Source: Folioceros fuciformis (lineage: Eukaryota). Taken from it: a stretch of 64,000 nucleotides of DNA. The notes beneath the pieces were generated by a model. The model saw only the letters and a program-made list of their open reading frames with translations. It had not been told where the DNA came from and did not search any database. The stretch spans positions 66,877-130,876 of the forward strand of contig JBNGIO010005973.1 of NCBI GenBank assembly GCA_049999805.1, written 5' to 3'. Every line of letters begins with the position of its first letter. The stretch's first letter is position 1. The position numbers were made by a program, and so were the translations under genes. Below, in pieces: positions 36,308 through 47,009 of the stretch.

Positions 36308-36648
36308 CGTTTGCGAGCAATTCGTCGGAGCTGCTCCTATAATGATGAATCTTGCTCTTGGAACAAGGTTCATGACCTGGTCCTAAAACTCAATAGTTCA
36401 TGCTGTCACGCGTTTGCTTTAGGAGTAAGGGTCTTAAACGCTACACTTTGACGCGTTCCCGCAGCAGCCCCAAGGCTAGCGGCATATTTTGACAGTTCGA
36501 CAGTAGATATAGCCACGAACAGCCGACCAATAGGCTCACCACCTTCATTAGTGAGAGGTGCTTTATTACCGTTTCTTATGGTGGACCCCAGACACACAAA
36601 TTTGCAGGGTACGAACACCACCGTCCACCAGTGATTGTGGAAAGCAAA

Positions 36649-38009
36649 TCAAGCTTGCTTGAGAGGAATTTCTGCCTTCAAAAGCTTACTCAACTCGTTT
36701 TCCAGAAGTGAAAGAAGCTCCGCCTTGGTGCGTCTGTAAACCCAAGCCTCGTCAGATTCATTCCAGTCAAACCGAGCCGGGCCACTGCGTCATAGAACGG
36801 CGATAGTAATGACCATGGGGACGTTATCTGATTCACACCCTGCACTGTGTACAATGAAGAACTGACATCTGGGCAGATATCATCGGTTTTCCGCAGCCTG
36901 GGAACAGAAGCACTATTCAACACAAGCCTTACCTTACAGGAGATGACAGCCAGATTTGCCTGTTTGGTGTTTGCTTGTTGATGACATATGTTCCCAAGCT
37001 TCCAAGCCGGAGAGTCAGTACTCCGTCCTGTTGCGCTCAGAGCAGCGAGTAGATCAGGATACCAGCGCAGAAAGCAAAGGGCACTGCCATGCCAGGCCAA
37101 CAGTCTGAATTAGAAGTTCAATCTGAGAAATCGGGGACTTACAGAGTAGTCTGTGTCAAAGCCATCAATTGCCAGCTTGTCACCTTGTTCCTGGGAGACA
37201 GCCAGTATCAGAACTCCATGAACGCATGCAAAATTCACTGACAAGCTTAACAGGTTACGCGAAAGGAGAGCTGCTTAACCCTTGCCAACTCGGATACGTC
37301 AGCTGAATTAAGTCAGTCAATCCATACCTCAAACTGTTCTTGAAGATGATTGAGAACTTCGTCAGCACGTTTGTGAAACTCCCTCTCCGATACCAGAGAG
37401 CTGCAACTACCAAAATGGCTGTATCAGCTGAAAAATGTACAGGCAGGGCAAATCCAGAGCATTCATCCTATCGAAGGGGAACTTGAACTCCGAGATCCTA
37501 CTCGTCCACCCAGTCCGAGCTATCTCCACGATGTCAGCACTATGTACACCAGGGGGCCATACGCAGCATAGGCAGCTGGCTGAAACAATGCAAGGACTTG
37601 CTGTAGGTCCAATTGCATTCAAAGCTAGGTCATGCCACTCTCCGCTTTGCCAAGAATGGACCACCACACAGCCCCCCGCAGAGGCAGCAGCAGAAGATGA
37701 TGGAAATAAGGCTTACCTGTAGTCCACAGTCACAGGACCGTCACCCTGATCCCCGACATCAAACGGCGGGCATGAACCGTACGCTCTGTACTCCTTCTCC
37801 CGAGCCCCGGCCACCACCAGCTCAAAGTGGACGAAGCAGCTTCCAACACAGTTCAGCCTCCCCGAGGCACCGGCGAGTGAGGCCAATTCGCGGACACAGG
37901 GAGGAGCCAGCCGAGCATGTCTCCAACAATGCTGTCTGGACGCCGAGCCACGGAAAATCCTTGCCGCAGCTATCCGCGCAAATGGAAGAGCCTTCGGGAG
38001 CCTCCTCAT
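36649..38009 (-). CDS. FH: Frataxin, 5 exons
   Basis: Hand-spliced: presequence, [66 protein letters not shown]...[10 protein letters not shown]. Confidence 0.93.
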
Positions 38010-38469
38010 CTTCAGCGATGTGCTGAGGATGCAGCCCTGATTCCGTCCATCAATTCAAACCGATGCCTCATGCCCCCCTGCCACCGCACTTCGAGGGGCA
38101 CTACAGTCCATGCTTCCCCTTCATGGCCCTAATAAGCAGCTTCCCGATAGAGAGCACACACAATTTAAACGCGTACCATGTTTTTCAATTCTATGTATGC
38201 CTGGAGAACTGGATTTGGGTCATGGCACTTGGTACTTAACAACTAGAGAATTGGATTTACATCATGGATTTCCGTCATAGGACTTTGGTACGTAACAACT
38301 AGAGAACTGGATTTCTGTCATGGGACAACTTGTACCATGGTTGGTACCTTTACGCCGTCGATTTCTGGTCGTGCGCAGATGGATGAGGTCTACGGGCATT
38401 GGATGTGGGTGTGAAGGATCGATTCCGAAATGACTGTCAGAGCTCGCAGCAGTAGGCGATGTGTGTACG

Positions 38470-38960
38470 ACGGGCAAGATGAACGGTGATGGATGTCCAG
38501 CCTGACAATGCTTTCGAACTCCCGCATTACCTTCTCTGTATCCTTGTGATCTTTACAGGCAATTCAGCCAAGCTGCCCACAGCATAACTTTGGCCCGGCC
38601 CTCACATTATATGAACATGACTGTTCTCGGCCACATTCATGATATCCAGCACGTCTAAGAAGACGAATTATGCAAATTCCAAAGACCTCCTCAGTAGTGG
38701 TACCATGCTGCCATCGAATGAAGGTGCTTGCGATCCTCATCCACCATGGATCCCCTATGCTTCTAGAGGGCAAAGGAAAATGAGCATCATTAGCGTCAGT
38801 ACTGGCAACTAAGATCTGCTCAAAACAGGCTGGTGGTGCCCTGTGGTCGTCATCACAAGTACCATAGCCAGGTATCATGACATTGCACGTAACCACATCG
38901 TTTGTGGCCATGCAAATCTTGCCACCTTGCACAGGCCGCAGAAGGCAAGAAAAAGTTGTT
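38470..38960 (-). pseudogene. Decayed PLS-PPR/E-domain fragment, paralogous to the adjacent PPR-DYW gene
   Basis: Frameshifted remnants TNDVVTCNVMIPGYGTCDDDHRA, VDEDRKHLHSMA and ACKDHKDTEKVMREFESIVRLD match P2/L2/E1 of 39055-41775. Confidence 0.75.
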
Positions 38961-39054
38961 AAACATGGTCGGCCAGAGGTAGCCCAATTTATCCTACACA
39001 ACAGCTACAGTTATGTCCAAGCCCTCGCTGAGCACTTCTATTTCTTGCTCCTTC

Positions 39055-41775
39055 TCATGGTCGACCCTTGCAAGTGCAAGAACCATCGGCAAACCGATGC
39101 ACACGGTAACCGTCCCTTACAACAATGTCTCTCTGTTCCAGCCTTGACATGATCTCCGTTGAACTGTGGCAATCACTGCACATTCGTAGATTCTTCGTTA
39201 CCACCAAAGGTGTCCCACTTGGAGTGTTCAAGAGACCATAGGCTAGGGCTAGTTTCTCAGCATGTCCACACAGCGCGTCTTCCTTTTCCTTCTCACTCAG
39301 TGGCTTCAACACCAAATTTGTGTGAGGTATGTGGCCTCCTTCATGCTTCACACGTGCATTTATGCTCTCTACCTTTAGCGCAATATCATGTTCTGTTCTT
39401 TCCCCCACCACAAACGTATGAACCTGCTGTTTCACCTCAATGGTCGCCACTGCAGGTTTCTTGTTAGCTCCTGCTACCAGCCTCTGTGTTTCAATCCTGT
39501 CTACATCCGTCCACCTACCTGCATCTGCATAAGTATTGGCCATAAGCACGTAAGCAGACGCCCGCTGGGGGTCCAGCCTAACGATGCTTTTGAAACACCA
39601 CAGCGCCCTATCTACATCCCCATGACTTTTGCAGGCATTCAACAAAGATGTCAAGCCCACAAGATTACTTTGACTCTCACATGATAACAGCATGGTCTCA
39701 GCCTCATCTAAATTGCCTACACGCCCAAGAAGATCAACCATACAATTGTAATGGTCAGTAGTAGGTTTTAGGCCATGCTGTTTCGCCATGGAATCGAAGT
39801 ACTTGCAACCCTCATCCACCAGTCCCTCATGACTGCATGCTACTAGAACGCAAGTAAAAGTCGCATCACTAGGCTGAACACCGGCAACTAACATCTCCTC
39901 AAAACAAGCTAGTGCCTTGTGACCTTCATCACAGGCACCGTACCCAGATATCAGGGCAGTCCACGTCACCACATCCTTTGTGGTCAAGCTGTCAAAAACC
40001 CCGCGTGCATCCTCCAGTTTGCCACATTTTGCATACATGTCCACCAGGCAAGAGCCCAACACCACGCAATCCAGCAGTCCACTTTTTACAATCTGTGAGT
40101 GCAGCTGCCTGCCTTTCTGTAAGGCACCAGTGCTTCCACAGTACTTCAGCAGGCAAGCAAACACAAACTCGTCAGCCAAAATGAGGCCCTCCTCCTCCAT
40201 TTGTCCATACAAAACAAGTGCCTCGTGTCCGAGCCCTTGCTGCGCATACCCAGCAATAAGCGCTGTCCATGTCACCACATTTTTTGTGGCCAGGCTGTGA
40301 AAAACCTGGCGCGCATCTTCCATTTCACCACATTTTGCGTACATGTCCACCAGGCAGGTGCCTACCAGTATGTCATTCAGCAGCCCTCTTTCAACAATGA
40401 GTGAGTGCAGCTGTCTGCCCCTCTGTAGGGCACCAGTGCCGGCACACGCCTTCAGAAGGCAAGCGAAAGTGACATGGTTAGCCAAAATGTGGCCCTCCTG
40501 CTCCATTCGCTCATACAGAACAAGTGCCTCCTGTCCAAGGCCCTGCTGGGCATATGCAGCTATGAGGGTAGTCCATGAGACCACATCCTTCGTGCTCATG
40601 CTATCAAAAAGATGGCGTGCCTCTTTCAGTTCACCACATTTTGCATAACCAGATATCAAGGCATTCCATGTCACAACATCCTTCGCAGGCATGTTGTCAA
40701 AAACGTGGCGTGCATCTTTCAGTTCGCCACATTTTGCATACATATCCACCAGGCAGTTGCCAACAAACAGGTTAGTAGGAATGCCACTGCGCAACACATC
40801 ACGGTGCACTTTTCTGCCAGATTCCAAGTCAGCGCCAAATGCACAAGCTTGAAGGGCAGCCACAAAGGCGTGACCATTCGCCTTCACTCCTGACCTACGC
40901 ATCTCATGGTACAATTGTATTGCCTCATCATGTTGCCCATGCTTGGCATACGCAGAGATGATGGAACCCCACGTGATAACATCTGGTTTGCCTACCCTGG
41001 TGAACACATCCATGGCCTCCTGTAGCCTACCTCCACCTGCATACATGCGCAGGAGATGGTTCCCCAAGTATGCATTCGATTCGTACCCAAATTTAACACA
41101 CAGATCATGGACGCGTCGTCCCACAACCAAATCCTTCCTAGCTGTACACAGTTTCAGCACAGAGCCAAACAGAGAGACCGAAATAGCAGAGTCTATGTGC
41201 GCCAGAGATTCAAGGGCTCCAACGGCCTCAGAAAGCTTCCCCTGCTGGCACAACGTGCTCACGGTCACAGCCGTAACCACGTCCACATCCGACGTTCCAC
41301 GCCTCCCAGGTTCAGGCTTACCCGGAGCGCTGGGCTGGGAAGGAGAGGCTCCATGTCCCATCTGCGTATCCAAGGAAACGATCTTCTCATCAACCCAAGC
41401 TGGCTTAAAAGTGTGGTTCAGCCACAGCACCTCCCCGGACCCCTTACGCCGGAAGTCAGGAGAACGGGAGCTCTTCTTATCTCGTCTGTTGTCCCACCAC
41501 AGGGTAGGATCCAGAAAAAACTGTTGCCACAAGTGCTCCTGGTCCTGGCAACGACCGGCGTCGCTGGACAATCCGTCCCCACTCACAAACGTTCTCGGAA
41601 GTGGAAGTGGAAGAGGAGGTGCTGGCCTCCTTACGCTGCAGCACCTGGAGGCTCTGTACGCCAGTGCTTGACTCCCTAAGATGAGGTGAGCGGGAGCTCC
41701 TGGTGGGATTCCTGTACCAACACCAACTGAAACTTGCTGGGTCATCAGCGGCTCCCCCAGCCATACTGTGGCCAT
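39055..41775 (-). CDS. PLS-class PPR protein with E1/E2 and a DYW:KP (GRP-ending) deaminase-like domain; candidate organellar U-to-C RNA editing factor with an N-terminal PDF motif; intronless
   Basis: About 16 P/L/S motifs; KKPAVATIEV in place of the PG box; HAEKLA and CSDCH zinc ligands; C-terminus CTCKGRP. Confidence 0.93.
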   Translation of the reverse strand: MATVWLGEPLMTQQVSVGVGTGIPPGAPAHLILGSQALAYRASRCCSVRRPAPPLPLPLPRTFVSGDGLSSDAGRCQDQEHLWQQFFLDPTLWWDNRRDKKSSRSPDFRRKGSGEVLWLNHTFKPAWVDEKIVSLDTQMGHGASPSQPSAPGKPEPGRRGTSDVDVVTAVTVSTLCQQGKLSEAVGALESLAHIDSAISVSLFGSVLKLCTARKDLVVGRRVHDLCVKFGYESNAYLGNHLLRMYAGGGRLQEAMDVFTRVGKPDVITWGSIISAYAKHGQHDEAIQLYHEMRRSGVKANGHAFVAALQACAFGADLESGRKVHRDVLRSGIPTNLFVGNCLVDMYAKCGELKDARHVFDNMPAKDVVTWNALISGYAKCGELKEARHLFDSMSTKDVVSWTTLIAAYAQQGLGQEALVLYERMEQEGHILANHVTFACLLKACAGTGALQRGRQLHSLIVERGLLNDILVGTCLVDMYAKCGEMEDARQVFHSLATKNVVTWTALIAGYAQQGLGHEALVLYGQMEEEGLILADEFVFACLLKYCGSTGALQKGRQLHSQIVKSGLLDCVVLGSCLVDMYAKCGKLEDARGVFDSLTTKDVVTWTALISGYGACDEGHKALACFEEMLVAGVQPSDATFTCVLVACSHEGLVDEGCKYFDSMAKQHGLKPTTDHYNCMVDLLGRVGNLDEAETMLLSCESQSNLVGLTSLLNACKSHGDVDRALWCFKSIVRLDPQRASAYVLMANTYADAGRWTDVDRIETQRLVAGANKKPAVATIEVKQQVHTFVVGERTEHDIALKVESINARVKHEGGHIPHTNLVLKPLSEKEKEDALCGHAEKLALAYGLLNTPSGTPLVVTKNLRMCSDCHSSTEIMSRLEQRDIVVRDGYRVHRFADGSCTCKGRP

Positions 41776-42170
41776 CGTTCAGCAACCGCTGCCGGAAGAT
41801 AGCTCCAGCAACACACTCTTTAGACGCCCAATTCAGGTACTTGAATAAGACTCTTTGCATACCAGAAAAGGACTCGACACAACTCGATAGCTTATTTGGT
41901 GGTTTAAAGTTGTCTCGATATGAACGTCACCAGGCAAGAGATCTGCGAGCGACGGCTAAATCAGAGACGCTTTTTGAAGTCGGCACGAGAGCGGGGAGAA
42001 GCGCACGGTGCGAGTAATTTGGCTGTGTTTTGGTTAACTGTGGTGTGATTTGTGTCAGTATCCAGCTTGCAACGACGTCGGGCTTCATGGCGGGGGATCC
42101 TCGAACTGACTGCCTTAGACCGTTCACGGGCGTTGGTCCGATTGAACCACCAACGAAGGTGTACGTATTC

Positions 42171-42280
42171 GGCCCTCGGGCCAATGGTATTACGACAAAC
42201 TCGTCATCCAAATGCTTTGGCCCTCGGGCCAATGGTATTACGACAAACTCGACATCCAAATGCTTTGTCCCTCGTGCCAA
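42171..42280. repeat. 48-bp tandem repeat, 2 full copies plus a partial copy
   Basis: GGCCCTCGGGCCAATGGTATTACGACAAACTCG... at 42171 and 42219, partial at 42267. Confidence 0.85.
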
Positions 42281-42477
42281 CGCTCCCAAGACGAACGCGT
42301 CATCCAAACGCAGGGCACGACGGAACGTTGAAGGCGCGGCACGAGTAAAGACCACGGTTCCTTCACAAGGTTCGCTGGCCCGGGTGGAGGCGGTGTTGCA
42401 ACCTCAGTCTTGATTCTGTGTTTCACTCAGCTCCTCCGGGGTTGCCCTGGATCAGTTCTCCACTCCTCCCGACTCCA

Positions 42478-43627
42478 GTTCTCAGCGAAGCCGGGCTTCT
42501 TTGTCGTGAGCAGGTGGTGAAGGCGCCAACAGGTCACAAGAACTTGCCGCGTCCTCTGGTTGAGAGCTTCGGCGTTTCGGCTATGTGCATACAGGTTGTC
42601 CGCGGAGGTCTCGTCTTTGTTGACTGCCTGGTGATATACAAAGTCTATCCCCTGTCACCGGGATAGTTAGACGTTCTCCTCTTGATTTTATGCTGTTGTA
42701 CATAGCCTATCCTGTGCGACAGTCGTCCTTCATTTCAAACCCGGCTTCTCTTCTGCCGGATCCAGGTTAAGGAAACAGTTCAATTCACTACGTAACCTTC
42801 TTGCATGAAGTCGAATTCCGACGTTCAACGCTGTTGCACATCCTACAGGAGGCACACAAGCGTCCCAGGATCAGATGCTTTAATTCGACTTGCATCACTC
42901 TCTGTAAACGTGAAGCTGCAGGGCCGCCTGTCCTAAGTATGTCCTGCTGTGACTGTCGACCTATCGTGGCATTCCACCTCAGTTCTCATGGAAGCAGGGC
43001 TTTATCCTTATGAGCAGATGGTGAAGACACCGACAGGTCACAAGACCTTGCCGCGTCTTCTGGTTGAGAGCTTCGGCGTTTCGGCTATGTGCATACACAC
43101 ACGTTGTCCGCGGAGATCTTGTCTTGTCTTGTTGATTCCATGGTAATGTACATGGTCTATTCCGTGCCACCGGGATATGTACATAGGTCTGTTCTCCTCT
43201 TGATTTTATACTGTTGTACATAGCCTATCCCGTGTGATTGTCGAACTTCATTTCAAACCTGGCTTCTGNNNNNNNNNNGGCCCAGATTAAGGAAACAGGT
43301 CAATTCACTACGTAACCTTCTTGCATGAAGTCGAATTCCGACGTTCAACGCTGTCGCGCTTGCACATCCTATGGGAGGCACACAAGTGTCCCAGAATCAG
43401 GTGCAACCATGCTTGAATTCGACTTGCATCATCACTCTCTGTGCATGTAAAGCTGCAGGGCCGCCTGTCCTATGCCCTGCTCTGAATGTCCTCCTAAGGC
43501 CCGCCTGTCCTATATCCTGCTGTGAATGTCGTCCTATCATGGCATTCCACCTCACAACATTCTTCAGAGCCAGGGCGTCAAACACACGTTCAGCGTCCTC
43601 GAGGCTGCCACGCTTAAGGCTTGGCAT
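42478..43627 (-). pseudogene. ~500-bp tandem duplication with a degenerate PPR remnant
   Basis: 42480-42980 is duplicated at ~42985-43550. The minus-strand remnant KRGSLEDAERVFDALALKNVVRWNAMIGRHSQQDIGQ is an S1-P1 PPR junction. Confidence 0.7.
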
Positions 43628-45561
43628 TTGTGTCTCCTGAGCTGTCTGCCATGAAACAAAGGCTCGAAGTCCTCAAAGCCAGGAAACTCATGATCGCTCT
43701 CTCCAAAACCCTTACGGATACCGACTACCGAGTGTGCGCAATCTATTTGCCGACCCGTGTTTGAACTGTGCTTTAATCCTTGAACTCATCGCCGGTAGTG
43801 CCCACTCGCTGCACACGTTGTGTGATTTGGCTCCTCATTATGTACTGATACTTGGAATTCTCACATAAACCTCACAAGATACGTCTTCTGTCTTGGCAAT
43901 CAGAGCAATCTGAGCCAGATGGGCGGTTAATGTCGTAGTCACGGCAGGCATCTGTTTTATCCCGGATATGGGAGCAACCTGGTGTCCCATCTCGGTCGTG
44001 AGTGGTGGCCCTTCAAGTCTGAGCTCAGTTTCCCTCGGACTTGCTGCGCCTGCGGTGACGGGTTTACCCTGTGCGGACTTGGAAACTCCTACAAGACGAC
44101 TTCACACACTGTCAATTCTGGAACCGCACCAAGCATGAGGATCCCTATCAACCTGACGATCAACAACAGTTTGGGTCGTGCAATCATCTCCTACCAATCC
44201 GCTTTGTTTGGACTTTCCACGAGGACTGTTTGCTAAATGTTCGGAACGCATCAGGAATTGCATGCGATTGACCAACAGGTTAGTCAAGGTAGCTCCATGG
44301 GAAGCCAGCCAGGATAAAGAGGAAGAGAAGCAAAAAAATTGCAACTTCGCAAATCCCCGATATCCAGACTTTTCGACGCGTCAATGCGCTCCCATCTCCA
44401 TGGAGCTGGCATAGTTGTCATTCCTTTGCAGCCGCATGTCGCGCATGCTTGAATTATTAACAATAATGATAATAGATGTTCGTTGAATACCTTCGTTCAA
44501 TTGTCGGCATGTTCCTCCACGACAGGCTCTAGAATGTTAACTGTGAAGGAGAGAGCCTAGAGGAGGAGCAGCAGAAGGATGAATTTATGTACCAAAACCA
44601 TAGGCGGTGTGAAAGAAGGAGTGAGTTCAGAGACCTCCTCAACTCGACAAGATTCGTGAGTTCCACACTTGCTGGATTTGCGAGCTTTCCAACAGGGGTG
44701 GGGGGCGCACGTATGACGCCGCCAACCCTCCCAGCAGGGCGAACTTTCCCTGTCACGTGCGAGGGCTGGGATCCAGGCTGACACCGCCATCGCACGAGAG
44801 GGAAAGAAAGTGTCGACAGAAGGAAGCAGCAAGTGGACAACGAAAACTTATGACCATACAAGCAAGAAAGATGCACCATCGACTGACCGTACAAAACAGC
44901 AGGATTTCAACTTATCAGCTGGTGATACCTCCTTTCCTTCGACATCCACTACACAAAATTTCCTCGCTCGAGGCTAGGGTCTATGAACCTGTGAGATCAT
45001 GAGCAAGTGACTCCGAGGATTGCATGAAAGCAGATAATAGGAACTGCCATTCCTCGTGAAGCCCTACCCTAGAAGAGCCTTCTCCCCAGCAAATGGAAGG
45101 TCGAGCATCTCATCCGTGACGTCGTGCACATACCCTTTCCTGGTCAAGGCGAAGTACAGCACTCTCAAAACCTGCTCGGCAGCACGAAGCGTGACACCCG
45201 GAGTGTCACAGTCATCCATTTGCTTCCAAGGAATGAAGACACATACTTCAACGTTGACAAGTTGTGTAAGGACATGCACACTGTTCACTTCCGTCACATC
45301 TTGTTGACAGATAAAATAGCAGAAAGAGCGGTATCTTCCGCCTGCATAATCCCACCTGTCGAACAAGGCCTCAATATGAGGCCGTTCTAATCGATAAGCC
45401 CTAACGGTAAGGGCAGGGAAACCAACCTTCAAAGATGGTTTCAACCGGCCTCTTAGACCTTATATGGTGGAAAGGCGCTTAAGCTTACGTCTTCTCATCT
45501 CCCCATCATCCAACGACGAGACACAGCAAGAATCAGCACGAGGGACAACAATTCAGGTCAG

Positions 45562-47009
45562 CTAGAAGATTTTCTGGAAAAATCTTTTAACAGCTCGCCA
45601 ATATGGTCGTATCCAATCACTGTAATCCTCATACTTGATCGTGGCCCACTCCAGGATTTCCCCAGACTTGGTTTCTACAAACACTTTGGAATCTGTAGCT
45701 GCCTGGCCACTACTGACATACAGTTGAAAGTCACCCTTCTTACCCTGGGCAAGATCCTTGAGCCCTTTGAGCTCTTCCACTCTAGACCGTGCATACACAG
45801 TGACTTTTGCGGGAAGTTCCCCACTCCTCGCATCTCGGTACAGCTGCACCCCAGTAACAATTACTGCGCCTGAGTACCGAGAGACTCTTGCGAAAGACCC
45901 ACTGACAAGTCCGACCAAATGGATAGATGCCCTGATGAGTAACCCCGTGCCAACAGGACCTAATATCCACAGAGGGAGAAGATCTCGTGAAACCACAACG
46001 CCAAAGACGAGGGTAATAAGCACATATAGAGGGAAGCTGCAGAACATAGTACAGGCACACGTTAGGAATGGCAACATTCACCGGCGGGGGGGACACGTCT
46101 ATCCGACACCATAAACATAAAGCAGGACAGCAATCAAAGACACTCGAAACAACAACAGCCAAACAACACTAAAGGTTGCGAACACCAGACGACTGAGCTG
46201 TACGACTGCACACGCATAAGCTTACGGCACTCATTCTCTGGCAAGAAGTGGGCATGATCTCCAACGGCAGCTTACAATATTGCAATGGGCCATTTCACCC
46301 ACGGTTCACTTGACTGCCACAACGCTGCTCCGCCAGATACCAGGGTAGATTGCTCAAGATGCAAGACCACCTTTTTGACATCCACACTTTCAACTCTCTC
46401 CTTCGTCTCGTGCAACAAATCCTTCGTGCTTTGCAAAAGCCCTCGCTCCTTCAGACTGCTGAGACCTTCGTGGAAAGAGTGTTTTGTAACCGACAAGAAC
46501 TGTCTCAACTCATCCCTTCCCCGCCACCTGGGTGCGAACTCTATCGACTGCATAGACGGCCCAGCTGCCTCGCTGTTCTCGGAATCATTATCTGCAGTCA
46601 CAGTCTGGAAACACAGGGCCTGGCAAGCCTCGAAGCTCCTACCACAACCAGATCCACATTTGACAGAACCATGCCTATGCCTGCAACCAACCAAGAGCAC
46701 GACTGGTCGGTCAAACCTTCCACAACAATACCCTCACAACCACTTCATCGTCCTCAGCGTCACCAACATACCTCAACCGTGCGAACCTCCAGTTCCCGAC
46801 CGGTTTTAACCTCAAGCAACTCGCATACGACTGCCCGACGCATGCAGAGCCTATCTCAGCGGGGCCCCGTATACAAGCTCCATGCCCGCACTGTGTCCAA
46901 CCGGCACAAACCACAACACTATCATCAAATTGCACACTCCAGCAGCAGCAGCCATAGGAAAACGAAACCCGCCCATCCTCACCACAGACTGAAGAGCTGA
47001 AGCATTCAT
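45562..47009 (-). CDS. Putative plastid membrane protein, EMB2759-like, 4 exons
   Basis: In-phase splicing gives MNASALQSV|CGHG...|RHRHGSVKC...KWPIAIF|FPLYVLITLVFGVVVSRDLLPLWILGP...KYEDYSDWIRPYW. Family recognised from memory of the KWP/PLWxLGP motifs. Confidence 0.6.
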
